Position numbers and translations under genes: made by a program. The notes under the pieces were generated by a model. It was not told the origin of the DNA and made no database searches. It saw nothing but the letters and a program-made list of their open reading frames with translations. Below are positions 26,205 through 38,621 of a stretch of 64,000 bases of DNA, piece after piece. Location: assembly GCA_964106645.2 (NCBI GenBank), contig OZ067039.1. One strand, given 5' to 3'. How positions within the stretch are numbered: position 1 is the stretch's first letter; every line of letters begins with the position of its first letter. The stretch is from Podarcis pityusensis. Taxonomy: Eukaryota.

Positions 26205-26670
26205 TAAGATGTGGTGATTGCCATCAACTTGGATGACTTCAACAAAGGAGCAGGCAAATTCAATAGGTGTGATGGCTGGTTATTGTCTCTGTGGTATGCC
26301 TCTGAATGCCAGTTTCTGGAAATGGCAGGTGTGTGGAGTGTTGTTGTTAGGTAATGCTTGCAGGCTTTCCATAGGCAACTAGTTGGCCACTGGGAGAGCA
26401 GTGGTACAGTGGTACCTCCGGTTGCAGACAGGATCCGTTCTGGAGCTCCAGTCGGATCCCGAGGTTTCCACAACTGGAGGGACCGCTTCTGCGCATGTGT
26501 GCGTGGTAGTAGAGTGTTTCTGTGCATGCACGCTCGGAGAAACCCGGAAACATTCTTCCAGGTTTGCCACGTATGTATCCCAAAGGATACGTAACCAAAG
26601 GTGAACGTAAGTAGAGGTACCACTGAATTGGTTTGTATAGCTCTCTGGCCCTATCTGGCAGAAATCACCT
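26205..26670 (+). mobile_element. Degenerate CR1 3' end interrupted by a MITE
   Basis: gtggtgattgccatcaacttggatgacttc...ctagttggccactgggagagc matches the CR1 3' region. Confidence 0.55.
26407..26625. mobile_element. Tc1/mariner-pogo MITE, family D (same TIR as family A, different body)
   Basis: CAGTGGTACCTC...GAGGTACCACTG; TA on the left, AA on the right. Confidence 0.85.
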
Positions 26671-27885
26671 TACCCTCTGACCTCAGGTGGGCAGTTGCCA
26701 TAATTCCAAGAAGTCGGGCGGAGAAAAAGCAGGGTTGTATAGTTGGATGAGGTGGCGCCTCAGAAACTCTGTGCCCCATGTGACTGCACCAGTTGTGCAC
26801 CTCTAGATCTTCTGCACTAGCCAAGGTGCAAAATGCAAACTATTGAAGCAGCAGAAATACACTGAGGATCAGCCTGCCCAGGATGCATTTAAAAAAAGAA
26901 AGCAAATTATATAACAAAATTTACAGGCAGCTTAATTTAAAAGTATCTCTAAGTGGCTTACACAAAATAGCATCCAATATTTATCTTTTCAAAAACTTCC
27001 AACAGGTTTGAAGTACTATGAATATCTTACAGCAGCTCACTCTTACAAATGCAAATGTTTGGAAACATGCGCTTTCAAGTCAAACTTTTGCCAATATATC
27101 ATACAGACTTTTCAAGATTTTTAAAAATGTCCTTTTCCGACTTAAGCTATTTGCATGAAAACGGGATCTTTGTTCCTGAGGGATTTGGCGGTTCCAGATG
27201 CTTATTTACTGCGTGAAGAACTCTCTGTCTATGGCATTGCAATGATGATGATGATCAAAAGCAGGAGATTATGACTCCTGAATTCCCCTAGGAGTTTTAC
27301 TTTGTTTTTGTGCAAATTGCCTTAGTAAAAGAAAAAGAAAGCAAAGAAAAGATAATAAAGATACAACATACTTTACTGAGTCTATATGCCTACCTACCTA
27401 CCTACCTGTTGTTATTTGTATGCAGGCTGCTTTCTTTGCAGCTATTCACCCTGCATGATGTACAGATTAGTCAGAACCCAGATAGCCAGATAATTATCTA
27501 GCAGGGGCATTCATATCTCTGATATGCGAGCTTTGACAGTTTTATTAGGAAGAAAAGCACAGAAAATCCCGTGCTGTTTTTATATCTAGACAGAGGCTTG
27601 TTAATTGTTCATTGTGCATTTCAGAACAGCTCACACAATTGTCTTTCCTTAGGTTTGCTCCTTTCATAGCATGGACTATGTGAGCCCTGCACTGTTGCTG
27701 ATCCTGTTGTGCATGCATAGAAACTAAACACAAGATTCAGCAACTCAGGAATGACATCTTTCATTCTTTTACTGCTCCCTACCTGATTACTTTTTCTTCC
27801 TTAAATAAGTTTCTAGCTTTTAAATCCAGTGGAGGCAGGTCTGAAAGTGTATTAGCAACCCATGCTGAAGCCTCAGAGGTGGTTA

Positions 27886-28241
27886 AAGGTGAAGGTAAAG
27901 GGACCCCTGACCATTAGGTCCAGTCATGACCGACTCTGGGGTTGTGGCGCTCATCTCGCTTTACTGGCCAAGGGAGCCGGTGTAAAGCTTCCGGGTCATG
28001 TGGCCAGCATGACTAAGCCGCTTCTGGTGAACCAGAGCAGCGCACGGAAACGCCGTTTACCTTCCCGCCGGAGCGGTACCTATTTATCTACTTGCACTTT
28101 GACGTGCTTTCGAACTGCTAGGTTGGCAGGAGCAGGGACTGAGCAATGGGAGCTCACCCCATCGCGGGGATTCGAACCGCCAACCTTCTGATCGGCAAGT
28201 CTTAGGCTCTGTGGTTTAACGCACAGCGCTACCCGCGTCCC
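27886..28241 (-). mobile_element. Sauria SINE (Squam1), full length
   Basis: Reverse complement of the Sauria SINE pattern; 13-bp TSD tcagaggtggtta at 27873-27885 and 28242-28254. Confidence 0.95.
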
Positions 28242-28335
28242 TCAGAGGTGGTTAGAGAACATGTTAACAAAAGCTTTGCTGGATTGCTACATACATTTCT
28301 GCACTCAGCCAAAACCTATATCCTTTTGGTGTGGT

Positions 28336-28674
28336 CAGGGTCAGAGGAAGGGGGGTGCAGTGGGTGCGGACAGCCCCAGGTGTCACCACTGAGGGGGGTG
28401 ACAAAATGCCAGGCAGCACTCATTGTGGGGCCTGCAAAGTGCCAGAGCCATGCGTCTCTCCTGGGAGTGATGTGGCTTGCGCACACGCAGGCTCTGCGCT
28501 GCCCGAACGGTTTGCCCGCTGCCTCCCCCCCAGCTGTAGGGCGGCTGAGTGGGAGGAGGCAGGCAGACTCCGGAGGCCCCGTGGTGTGCCCCACCCTCGC
28601 TCCACCCCTATTGGTGACTCATCCTGGTCCGGGGCGTGCCGCCCCAGGTGCTCGAGTGGCTTCCTCCACCGCTG
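28336..28674. mobile_element. GC-rich hAT-type MITE
   Basis: TIR cagggtcagaggaag...cttcctccaccgctg; 8-bp flanks ggtgtggt / ggtgtggc; 5' end similar to 7459. Confidence 0.8.
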
Positions 28675-28863
28675 GGTGTGGCTTTCTAAGTTGGGAGTGG
28701 GAGGGTCTTCTCTGTGGTGGTTCCAGTCCTACTTGAATGGATGTTACAGAGAGTGACGATCTCCAGATGATCATGGACACCATGATATTCCTTCAGATTT
28801 ATATGCATGAACATTACTTAAATGTATTGCTGTCTCATCTGATATTTCTCTCTCTCTGAATAA

Positions 28864-29029
28864 GTACACTTTTTTTTTCTAAAAAAATGTTTAGGGGTAC
28901 TCTCATTTTGACTCAAGAAAATCACCATTTTATAGTTCAAATCGGGGGAAATAAATACAGTAAATGGACAAAAGTACAAAGATTCACAAAATGTTTAGGG
29001 GCATGCATACCCCCAGAAAAAAAGCACTG
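28864..29029. mobile_element. hAT-like MITE with a degenerate left end
   Basis: ttttttttctaaaaaaatgtttaggggtac...ccccagaaaaaaagcactg. Confidence 0.55.
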
Positions 29030-29383
29030 CATAAAAGCAAATCCTTAGGAGGTCGAACTGGCTTAGAAATACAATCCGACTCAGGAAAACAAATCTCAGG
29101 AGCTCAAAGAAGAAGACAATGTTACAACCCACTAGGTTGTTGTTGCTTTTAAATGTTTTTGCTCTATATTTACGAAAGGATTTATGTCCTTCCTTTCCAC
29201 CATCCTGCTCACAAGATAATGAAAAACAAATTAAAACCATCTACCAAATTAAACTATGTAACTTCTTTTTTTTTCCTGGGCGGAATTTTAATTTGGATTT
29301 CAGTTCCAAATTCAACTCAGGTATGCTGAGAAATAAACTGAGAGATATTCCCCACTTTTGAAGGAAATGTGTTGGCTTATTTC

Positions 29384-30971
29384 TTTTTTTTTAATAAATA
29401 TTTTTTATTAGATTTTCCATTAAAAAAAACATTTTTACAAAATTATATATCCATTTTTGACTTAAACCCTTTTTTTCCAGAACTTCCCTCAGCTTGTCTG
29501 ATAATTTTCCGTTTATTTTTTATCCTCGTCTCACATTTCCCAATATTATATTGCACTCAAATACTCTTAATCACATCATATTTTTTAAACAACATTTCTA
29601 ACAGTAATTTCACAGAGCTTCTTGAAAGCCAATGAACGTTATTTGCTCATCACAGAATTTTTTGATATACTCTGTAAATTTCTTCCAGTCCTCGGAGAAT
29701 CTCTGGTCACGCTGGTTCCTAATTCTCCCCGTCAATCTGTCCATTTCTGTGTATTCCATCAGTTTCATCCTTCATTCTTCTTTCGTGGGCATCTCTTCCT
29801 GTTTCCATTTCTGTGCCAGCAAAATTCTGGCTGCTGTTACTGCATACAAAACTAATTTCACATCTTTTTTACTAATTTCATTATCCAGTATTTCCAACAA
29901 GAGAGCTTCTGGTTTTTTAACAAAAGTATATTTCAGCATTTTCTTTAAGTCATTATAGATCATCTCCCAGAAGCTTTTTACCTTCTTACCTTCCCACCAC
30001 ATATGGTAAAATGTTCCTTCTGTCTCCTTACACTTCCAACATTTATTACACACTTTATACATTTTACCCAGTTTTACTGGTGTTATATACCATCTATATA
30101 ACATCTTCATAACATTTTCCTTAATTGTTGTACAAGCTGTAAACTTTAACCCATCCTTCCATAATTTAGTCCATTTCTCAAATTCAATATTATATCCAAA
30201 ATCTCTAGCCCAACTAATCATAACAGATTTAACCTCTTCGTCCACAGTATTCCATTCCAACAATATTTTATACATTTTAGATAAAATTTTCACTTCATTG
30301 TTTAAGATTTCTTGTTGAAATCTAGATTCTTTTTCAGAATATCCCCTCTCTAAAACCTCTTTTTTAAACATTTCATTTAACTGACAATAATGCAGCCAAT
30401 CCTTAACATATTCTTTCACTTCTTCATATGGTTTCAATTTCCACTTATTTCCTTCCTTTTTTAATAGTTTCTCATATGTTATCCATCTCCCGCTCATATT
30501 TATCTTTTTAATACTCATAACCTCTAATGGTGATAATCAATGTGGAATCTTTGGTTCTAATACATTTTTATACCTATTCCAAACTCCAATCAAAGATCCT
30601 CTAAAGATGTGGTTCTCAAACCCTTTATGTATTCTTTTTTTATCATACCATAAATACGCGTGCCAACCGAATCTATCATCATAACCTTCTAAATCCAATA
30701 ATTCATTATTTTCTAACTTCATCCATTCTTTCAACCAACAAAGACATGACGCTTCATAATATAACCTCAAGTCTGGCAGGGCGAAACCTTCTCTTTCTCT
30801 TGCGTCAGTTAATATCTTAAATTTAATTCTTGGTTTCTTGCCCTGCCAAATATATCTTGATAATATTCTTTGCCATTCTTTAAATATTGTCACTCCTTTT
30901 ATTATTGGTATTATTTGAAATAAAAATAACATTTTCGGTAGCACATTCATCTTTATCGTTGCAATCCTTCC
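29384..30971 (-). mobile_element. L1 LINE, 5'-truncated (~1.6 kb), frameshifted ORF2 C-terminal region
   Basis: ORFs 30537-30950 and 29772-30518 (MNVLPKMLFLFQ, GFALPDLRLYY, CWKCKETEGTFYHMWW); poly(T); 14-bp TSD tgttggcttatttc at 29370-29383 and 30972-30985; target TTTC/AA. Confidence 0.95.
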
Positions 30972-31793
30972 TGTTGGCTTATTTCAAAGCAATCTCAGGG
31001 GACTCGCCCATCACAAATGTTAAATGGATCCCCTGTGGATTAACTCAGCTGCTGCAGAATCACAAACGAGAGAAACAATTTAATTTGAGCTTTTGGCATT
31101 GTTACTAACCCACCCACTCAGCAAGCATGCTGATGATTGTGATCCAAATTTTTATTCCTGACTTTTTGGGCTCCACGTGCAGAAAAGCAGAGCCCACATC
31201 CGACTGAGGAACATCCATCTCTATCCTTTCATGGAATCAAATTCTCTCCCAAGTTCCATTCAGCGGGGAAGTCAGCCTAATTTTTCTTTCCGAATGAGGT
31301 CCAAAAGCAATTTGCATTTGTTATGCCGCTACTTAAAGGCAGTGAGAAGTGGCTATCCAATCAAAGGAGATTTATAGCTCCTTGCATCTGTTTAATGTAC
31401 AGCCTGATTCTCCCTTAGGGCCCATTGTCAAAATGAATCGTAAAAATGAGAGCATGTCATGGTGCTTCTAACTCTCAACAAGCTATGATTTTTAAGGCAC
31501 AGGAACAACAACCACAACACAAACCTTTTGAAAAATAAACAAAGTAGAACTAAAAATGAAGCTACAACTCCCAGCATTTAATGACTGGGCTGTGGTACGG
31601 CCAGTAGCCCTAAATAACTATTGAATAAATGTACACATGAGTTATGTATGTATGTATTTGCCCACCTGTGTCAGGTAGGGGCCCAGCACTAGCGTTTTCT
31701 CTCGGCAAGGACAGTTTAAATAGTGCAGACTCAGTACTTGATGACAGGATTTTTTCTGGGGCAGCTATATTTATTTATGGGTCTATACCCTGT

Positions 31794-32005
31794 CAAAAGT
31801 AGATAAATAGGTACCACTCCGGCAGGAAGGTAAACAGCGTTTCCGTGCGCTGCTCTGGTTCGCCAGAAGCGGCTTAGTCATGCTGGCCACATGACCCGGA
31901 AGCTGTACGCTGGCTCCCTCAGCCAGTAAAACGAGATGAGCGCCGCAACCCCAGAGTCGTTTACGACTGCACCTAATGGTCAGGGGTCCCTTTACCTTTA
32001 CCTTT
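31794..32005 (+). mobile_element. Sauria SINE, 5'-truncated
   Basis: agtagataaataggtacc...(ACCTTT)n; 8-bp TSD taccctgt. Confidence 0.9.
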
Positions 32006-32302
32006 TACCCTGTTTCTCATGAGAAAAGAAACTCACTCGAAGTAGCTTACAAAAAATAATAATCATAAAATACACTAAATCAAGCAAGTAAAAGGACTAA
32101 AATCTATTTCATCCAATAAATCAGGGATAGGGGACCTGTGGACCTCCAAATGTCACTGGACTGCAGCTGCCACTATCCCAGACCCCATTAACCAGGGATG
32201 AGCTATATGGATTTGAGGTGTCTTTCCGTCTCCCTCCCTCCCCCAATATCTGCTGGGCCTGGGCCAGTTGTTCAGAACAGTTAATAGATATGACTAACTT
32301 AG

Positions 32303-32940
32303 TGTGGGATGTAATCCACTGGAGCAGTCAAATACAACATTCCTTGTTTCCCTAGAGTGGACACAGGCAGGGGGATGGTACTCCAGCCAGTATAACTTCC
32401 TGTTCCACTGGTCTGGAGCGTCCTACCCCTGCATGTCACCAGGCAGATGGGCATGACCCTGGCTGACTCCAAAAAAGAGCCGAGTCGCGCAGCCATCTTC
32501 TCTCTTGATGCCATGCTGCTCTCCTGCAGCCATTTTGTTCTCTTGATGCTCTTCTCTTAATGTATTTTGCTGTCTGCTGGCTCTCAGCCAGCAGCACATG
32601 GGCTCAGGCCCTATATGGGATAATAAACTCACACTTTGTTATGTAATTACAAGTTAAACCCTGCCTTCAGGGATCATACTGTGAACTGAATGTGAGGAAA
32701 CCTCTTGTTGATTTTAAGAAAAGTTGTGTCTTTATTCTTTTAAGAGGGATAAAAGGGGGCACCAGGAATAATCCATCTGGGCAAGCCAGATTGGATTGAT
32801 TAGCTAAAGAGACTCAAACAAATCTGCAAACTAGCTTCCTGCTGTATTGAGGCGAATCTGCTCTGCTACATGACTCACCAGTGAAGAAAGGATAGTATTT
32901 AACCAATATATCCTCTCCTTCTATCCTTAACATTCCCACA
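32303..32940. mobile_element. Solo LTR (638 bp)
   Basis: TIR tgtgggatgt...acattcccaca; perfect 5-bp TSD cttag at 32298-32302 and 32941-32945; AATAAA on both strands, so orientation unresolved. Confidence 0.85.
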
Positions 32941-32949
32941 CTTAGGTCA

Positions 32950-33512
32950 CATAAAAACATAAAAGCCTACTGGAGAAGGCTAATGCCACATTTCACACTG
33001 GTTAACCAGGTCCCTAAGGAAAACCCACAGAAGAAGAAGAAGAAGAGTTTGGATTTGATATCCCGCTTTATCACTACCGTAAGGAGTCTCAAAGTGGCTA
33101 ACATTCTCCCTTCCCTTCCTCCCCCACAACAAACACTCTGTGAGGTGAGTGAGGCTGAGAGACTTCAGAGTAGTGTGACTGGCCCAAGGTCACCCAGCAG
33201 CTGCATATGGAGGAGCGGAGACGCGAACACGGTGCACCAGATTACGAGACTACCGCTCTTAACCACTACACCACACTGGCTCTCGCACAGGCAGGACCTA
33301 AGCACAAGAATGCTCTCCCTTCTTGCTGTTTTAAGCAACTGGTATTCAGAAACCTGTTGCATTTGGCCATGGAGGCAAAGCATAGCCATCATGGCTAGTA
33401 GACATTGATTATCCTTACTCTCCATGAATTTGTCTAATCCTTTTTTAAAGGCATCCAAATTACTGGCCATCATTGCCCCCTGTGGGAGTGAGTGCCATAG
33501 TTTAACTACGTA
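32950..33512 (-). mobile_element. CR1 3' end interrupted by a SINE
   Basis: - strand VVKLWHSLPQGAMMASNLDAFKKGLDKFME is the CR1 ORF2 C-terminus; tail cataaaaacataaaagcc. Confidence 0.8.
33030..33284 (-). mobile_element. Squam3-like SINE
   Basis: Reverse complement of the 1961 family; (GAA)n tail; short TSD cacag. Confidence 0.9.
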
Positions 33513-33656
33513 GTTCATTAATTTCAGTGGGTCTGTCCCAAGTAGAACTTCACTGAATATGCTCCATTGCTACTAGCCTACATCAGATTCCCAGAAAGAC
33601 CCTAGCACCCCATGATGCTTTCAACACATTCTCTCCCTCTTTCTCTCTCTGCTGCT

Positions 33657-33713
33657 TCCCTCCCTCCCTCCCTCCCTCCCTCCCTCCCTCCCTCTCTCTC
33701 TCTCTTTCTCTCT
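33657..33713. repeat. (TCCC)n/(TC)n pyrimidine tract
   Basis: Read directly from the sequence. Confidence 0.9.
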
Positions 33714-34722
33714 ATAAGTTCTTTGAAGAATAATTAAGGGCTTTTGTGCCCAGTGCCAACTACATAAGGACAAAGAAACACTGTCCTATATCTCTTTTAC
33801 TTCCTCTGTCTTTGAAAAATATATTTAAAAAGCATGTATTTAGGTCAAACTCTAACCCTAACTAGAACATACACTTGCTTTTTAAAGCAGAGATTCCATC
33901 ATTTACAATTATCAAATTTTTTCTGTACCTGCTGCTTTTTTGTTTAATATTCAGCCTAAGGAACAATGCTAGGTTTTGGAAGTTAGTGCATTACTTTGCA
34001 TTGGGTCCTAATAAAGGTATCAAATTTGCTACAATTGTTCGAATCATAGAGGGAGAGATCAAAGCAACTGGCATAATAGCCAAGATGCAGCAAGTGTTCA
34101 GTACAAGCATCTGGCCATGTCTGTTCACTGGAGTAGGAAAATATGCATCTTCCAAAATGCTGCAAATTAAAGCATTGCTACTGGTGTAGGGTTTTTTTGA
34201 GTAATATGCAGAAGTTCCAAAAAAGTATGACAAGAATATGTCAGAAAACTGTGTTCCTAGAAGCCCCAGAGAGACTTTGTATAAAGTACCCACGGACAAG
34301 GGAGAATGTGGTCTTGTCACTTTGACGTTATGGATATTACTGATACTTCCACATCACTTTCTGTGTGTCATCTTCATGAGAGAAGGACTTATTTGTGGTG
34401 ACCTTGTGCCTCTGGAATTTTCTCCCCACTGAAGTGTATCTCAGCTTTCCATAATGTTGTTTTAAGAAACAGGTTAAGATGCATCTCTTTCAGCAGGCTT
34501 TGGGGTGAAGTGGGGCTAAAGAATGGTTAGTTGATTGCCTACAGTTGGATTCATATGGAAGTGACAAATAACTTATCATTGCCTTTTCCTATTGTGACTT
34601 AGAGGCATGGAATATTTTATTTAATTATATTTGACCTCTATTTTATTGTACTGCTTTTATATTTTTATGGAAGCAAACCCTCCTGGGGCCTTATCTGCAA
34701 AGGGTAGATACTAAATAAAGTA

Positions 34723-34948
34723 CAGCGGTACCTCGGGTTAAGTACTTAATTCGTTCTGGAGGTCCGTTCTTAACCTGAAGCTGTTCTTAACCTGAAGCAC
34801 CACTTTAGCTAATGGGGCCTCCTGCTGCTGCTGCGCCGCTGGAGGACGATTTCTGTTCTCATCCTGAAGCAAAGTTCTTAACCCGAGGTACTATTTCTGG
34901 GTTAGTGGAATCTGTAACCTGAAGTGTATGTAACCCGAGGTACCACTG
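34723..34948. mobile_element. Tc1/mariner-pogo MITE, family A
   Basis: Same TIRs and body as 4915; TA flanks. Confidence 0.92.
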
Positions 34949-37510
34949 TAGCGGGAGCGTCTGCAAAGGGACAGATACTAAATGTGCATAGGTGCTCCAT
35001 GTGAATGTGGTTCTTCAGATGCCCTGATCAAATGAAGTGCTTCTTCCCATTCAGCTGAATGGAAGCCGGCACCTCTTTGCTGTTTGCAGGGAGGACAACA
35101 GTAGGTGGTGCTAGAGTTGATGACAGATAGGGCCAAGTCATTCGTCTTGTCCCTATCCTCCTCCCCACTGAGTTCCTCAAGGGCAAAAACGAGACGAAGG
35201 AAGAGGAAAAGCGTGGTCAGTGCCATCCCTTAGACCGGTTGTAAGTAAAGACAAAGCAGGCAGGTAGCGGATGACTGGGGGTGCCATCTTGCCTTCAGGA
35301 TTGTGGGTGTCCGCATTGTGGTGGCCGGTGGCAGCAGCGGCTCCTCTTCTTCCTCCTCTCCGCAACCAGCAGGGCACCCTTTTCTGCAGGGAGAGGCTCT
35401 GCCTCTGTGTCACCCCCCGAAAAGGTTGCCTCACTGGCTGGTTGCAGAGAGCAGAGCGGAACTGATTCTCTCTTTGAAGCAGCACTGCTGCCGCCTGCTG
35501 GCTTTTCTCATTGCGGGTGCCCAGCCCCCAGGGGTTGGCTCCTATGCTAAGGTTGGTGGGACAAGGTGCCACTTGCCCTCATGGACTAGCCTTCACTGGA
35601 TGAAGGTGCAGGGTTGATAGTGTGCACTGTGTTTGAGGTGGGCCATAGAAGCTTATCCCCCTCATCCATGGCAACCTTGCATATTGTTTGTTTAGGTTTG
35701 TATAGAGGACCCTTTTCCATCCCAAGGGCAACCCTCTCTTCTGGGCAACCTGCCAGAGGTGGGCGGGGTCAGAAGCAACGAATGGGAATGTTACCTTTTT
35801 ACAGTGACACACACATACTCCCCTTTCCATCCAAGCAAGCAAGAGTTGAAGGACACATTCCAGCTGGACAAAAACATCCAAAGAGAACATGAACAAGTCC
35901 TGAGAGGAGTGTGGCCTGGGAAAAGTCCCAGGTTACCAATAGAGAGATCCAGCGGGCTGCCTGAGGTTCCCCACCTCTTAGCTAAAATATCACCAACAGC
36001 AAGAAGGTGGAGCGGAACTCTAGCTTAAATCAGAGTTGCTAAAATGGTTGTTCTGCTTTTTCCGCTGCTGGAGGAACACCTCTCTCCCCCCATAAGATTA
36101 ACCACAATTTACTAAGGCTCCACTCCCTCAGTTACATACAGGCCTTTTAGCCACGAGTTCACAAATTGTTTTAAAGAATACAGTTATTAAATACATTCAT
36201 TCTCTTTCACCTTGGGAGGCTCAACTCTTCCGCTCCATCTTCTCGGATGCTTGCAACATTTTATGAAAGCTTTTAAATCTAGTTAAGACAGGGAAGATGG
36301 ATATGAAATAATTCTCCAAGCATTCTTATTCATGTTCCAGTTCTGTAGTCAAAAATAGCCTGCAAAGCTTTTTCTTTCATTTAACATAAACAAACAAACA
36401 GGATTGTGTCTAATATAAAGCTTCTGTAGAAGAGGATTCTTGCCTTAAGGTAATCTGCACGATTCAAATTAAATGAGTTGATATTTCAGGTGCTCTCCTC
36501 AAAATATGAAAAACTGACTCCATCCAATGTTATCCTCAGCTGGTTTAAATTTCATATATTTCATTCCCTGCTGTATTTAATCCGATGCATTCTTCCCCCA
36601 GAACATAGGCAGCTACTGAGATTTCAAAGTGATCTTTGATCCCCAGTCCAAGCCTGTAGATGTTTACTGAGAAGTAAGCCCTAGCAGTTCTACATATACT
36701 TAACACTGTGTTACAAAGATGTCTGCAAACATGACATGGAGGCGGGCAACATTATCCCCACCATATGGGAATCCCTTGCAGACCAAATTTTTAATTGTTT
36801 CTCATTATGTACTGTTAATTTCCAATACATTTTAAGTCTCCTTGAACTGTAGGACAGGCAGTGTAGATGTGTTTTTCTTGGTAATTGCAAATAGTGTTGA
36901 AATTTTAGTTATTGTTATGTAGCATTATGGAAAAGACTCTTCCTTCATGGTAGGGGTCACCTATGATATGGGGGGGGGGGAATAGAAATAAATTTCCTAT
37001 TTTTTCCTCTCTGACAAATTGCACAACTCAGAGGTCAATAATGACATCATGTATCACAAGTCACCTGCAGTGCTCCAGTGCGCTTAAGGGCACATGTTTT
37101 AATGTGATCTGTCAGCCACCACTTAACAGATTTAGTACTTATTTGTAATATATTAATAGTTCCTTTTCGTAAAAAAGATTCTAGCTTTTGACCCAAATAA
37201 CAGCAGGGAATTGATTGCCAGCTCAGTGAGTTGAGAATGGAACCAGATTGCTGAGCATGAATTACAGCCACACAGAAAACACACAAGCAAAACAACCCTG
37301 GACGTGAGCATGATAAATAGGCAACCTTTTCTAGAGAAGCTGAGGCAGATACTGAAAAACTCTAGATGGCACAGGTGCAGTTTCTAGAATACTGACTACT
37401 GCATGGAAGTGACAGACTGGTAGCAGAGACAGGGAGCTGTCAAAGAGATGTTGATGATAATTAAGTGTGTAGCACGATTATGCAGTGTTTGGCTCTCATC
37501 CACTAGTTCT

Positions 37511-37803
37511 AGAAGAAGAAGAAGAAGAAGAAGAAGAAGAAGAAGAAGAAGAAGAAGAAGAAGAAGAGTTTGGATTTGATATCCCACTTTATCACTACCA
37601 GAAGGAGTCTCAAAGTGGCTAACAATCTCCTTTCCCTTCCTCCCCCACAACAAACACTCTGTGAGGTGAGTGAGGCTGAGAGACTTCAGAGAAGTGTGAC
37701 TAGCCCAAGGTCACCCAGCAGCTGCATGTGGAGGAGCGGGGAATCAAACCCAGTTCACCAGATTACGAGTCCACCGCTCTTAACCACTACACCACACTGG
37801 CTC
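37511..37803 (-). mobile_element. Squam3-like SINE with a long (GAA)n tail
   Basis: Reverse complement of the 1961 family; ttcta on both sides. Confidence 0.9.
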
Positions 37804-37947
37804 TTCTATAACGATCATTTAGGCTGCATTCAATGCCATGTCTTTCTCAACATATCTGGTTGGCCACTATGGGAAGAGGAGGAGGCCGGACTAAGTGGCT
37901 CTTTGCTCTGTTACATCAGGGCTTCTCTTATGTTCTTAACCTTGTGC

Positions 37948-38469
37948 CATAGCTGCCAACTTACAGATTTGAAAATAAGGGACCAGCAGCCTCGAAAATA
38001 AGGGATCAGCAGCCAAAATAAGGGATTTTTCAGGCACAGGTATATTCAAATTCTGAGCCCCTTCGAGCCAAAGGCAGAAAGCCCAGCCAGCAGCCAAACG
38101 ACTCCTCAAGCAGTGGTTCCCACAGTGCAGCAACCCGGCAAAGGGGATGCAGCAAGGAAAACCACCGTCACCTCTCCGCTGGGAAGCGCTGAGCAAAGGT
38201 GAGTCCCCAGGCAACGCGGCCGATTTGATCGGCACAAGGCATGCAAGCTCCACACTCCAGTCATTCTTAGACTCCTTATTGGGTGAGCAACGCAGCCAAG
38301 CAACACAGTTGGAGCCTCCCTCCTCCCTGGCCGGCAGGAAGGGAGGGATAGGAGCTGCTTCGCTTGAAACCCGGGAAATTTAAGGGACATCATCAATAAG
38401 GGACAGCAGCGGGACACGGCGCTGGGATAAGGGACTTTCCCGCCAAATAAGGGATGGTTGACAGCTATG
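37948..38469. mobile_element. hAT MITE, family C long form (522 bp, CpG-rich)
   Basis: TIR catagctgccaac...gttgacagctatg; perfect 8-bp TSD ccttgtgc; subterminal aataaggga repeats. Confidence 0.9.
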
Positions 38470-38621
38470 CCTTGTGCTTTATTCCCAGAGTCTAAATGAT
38501 GTTCAGAGCAAAGAAATGACAACAGTGGATGTTGCTGTTGTTATATTAATGCTGTAAGTAAAATACTTTTACATCTTCTTTATCTCTTCAGATACCATGT
38601 GCTCACAATATGGGTCTAAAT

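Noticed and set aside
28248-28756. GC-rich ORFs or a CpG-island promoter
   Set aside because: Explained by the hAT MITE at 28336-28674 with its 8-bp flanks; likewise 37948-38469
32303-32940. Member of the LTR-peptide group
   Set aside because: Frames from nt 2 close early on both strands and lack the acidic-to-basic composition; the 22541 LTR also stops after 7 codons
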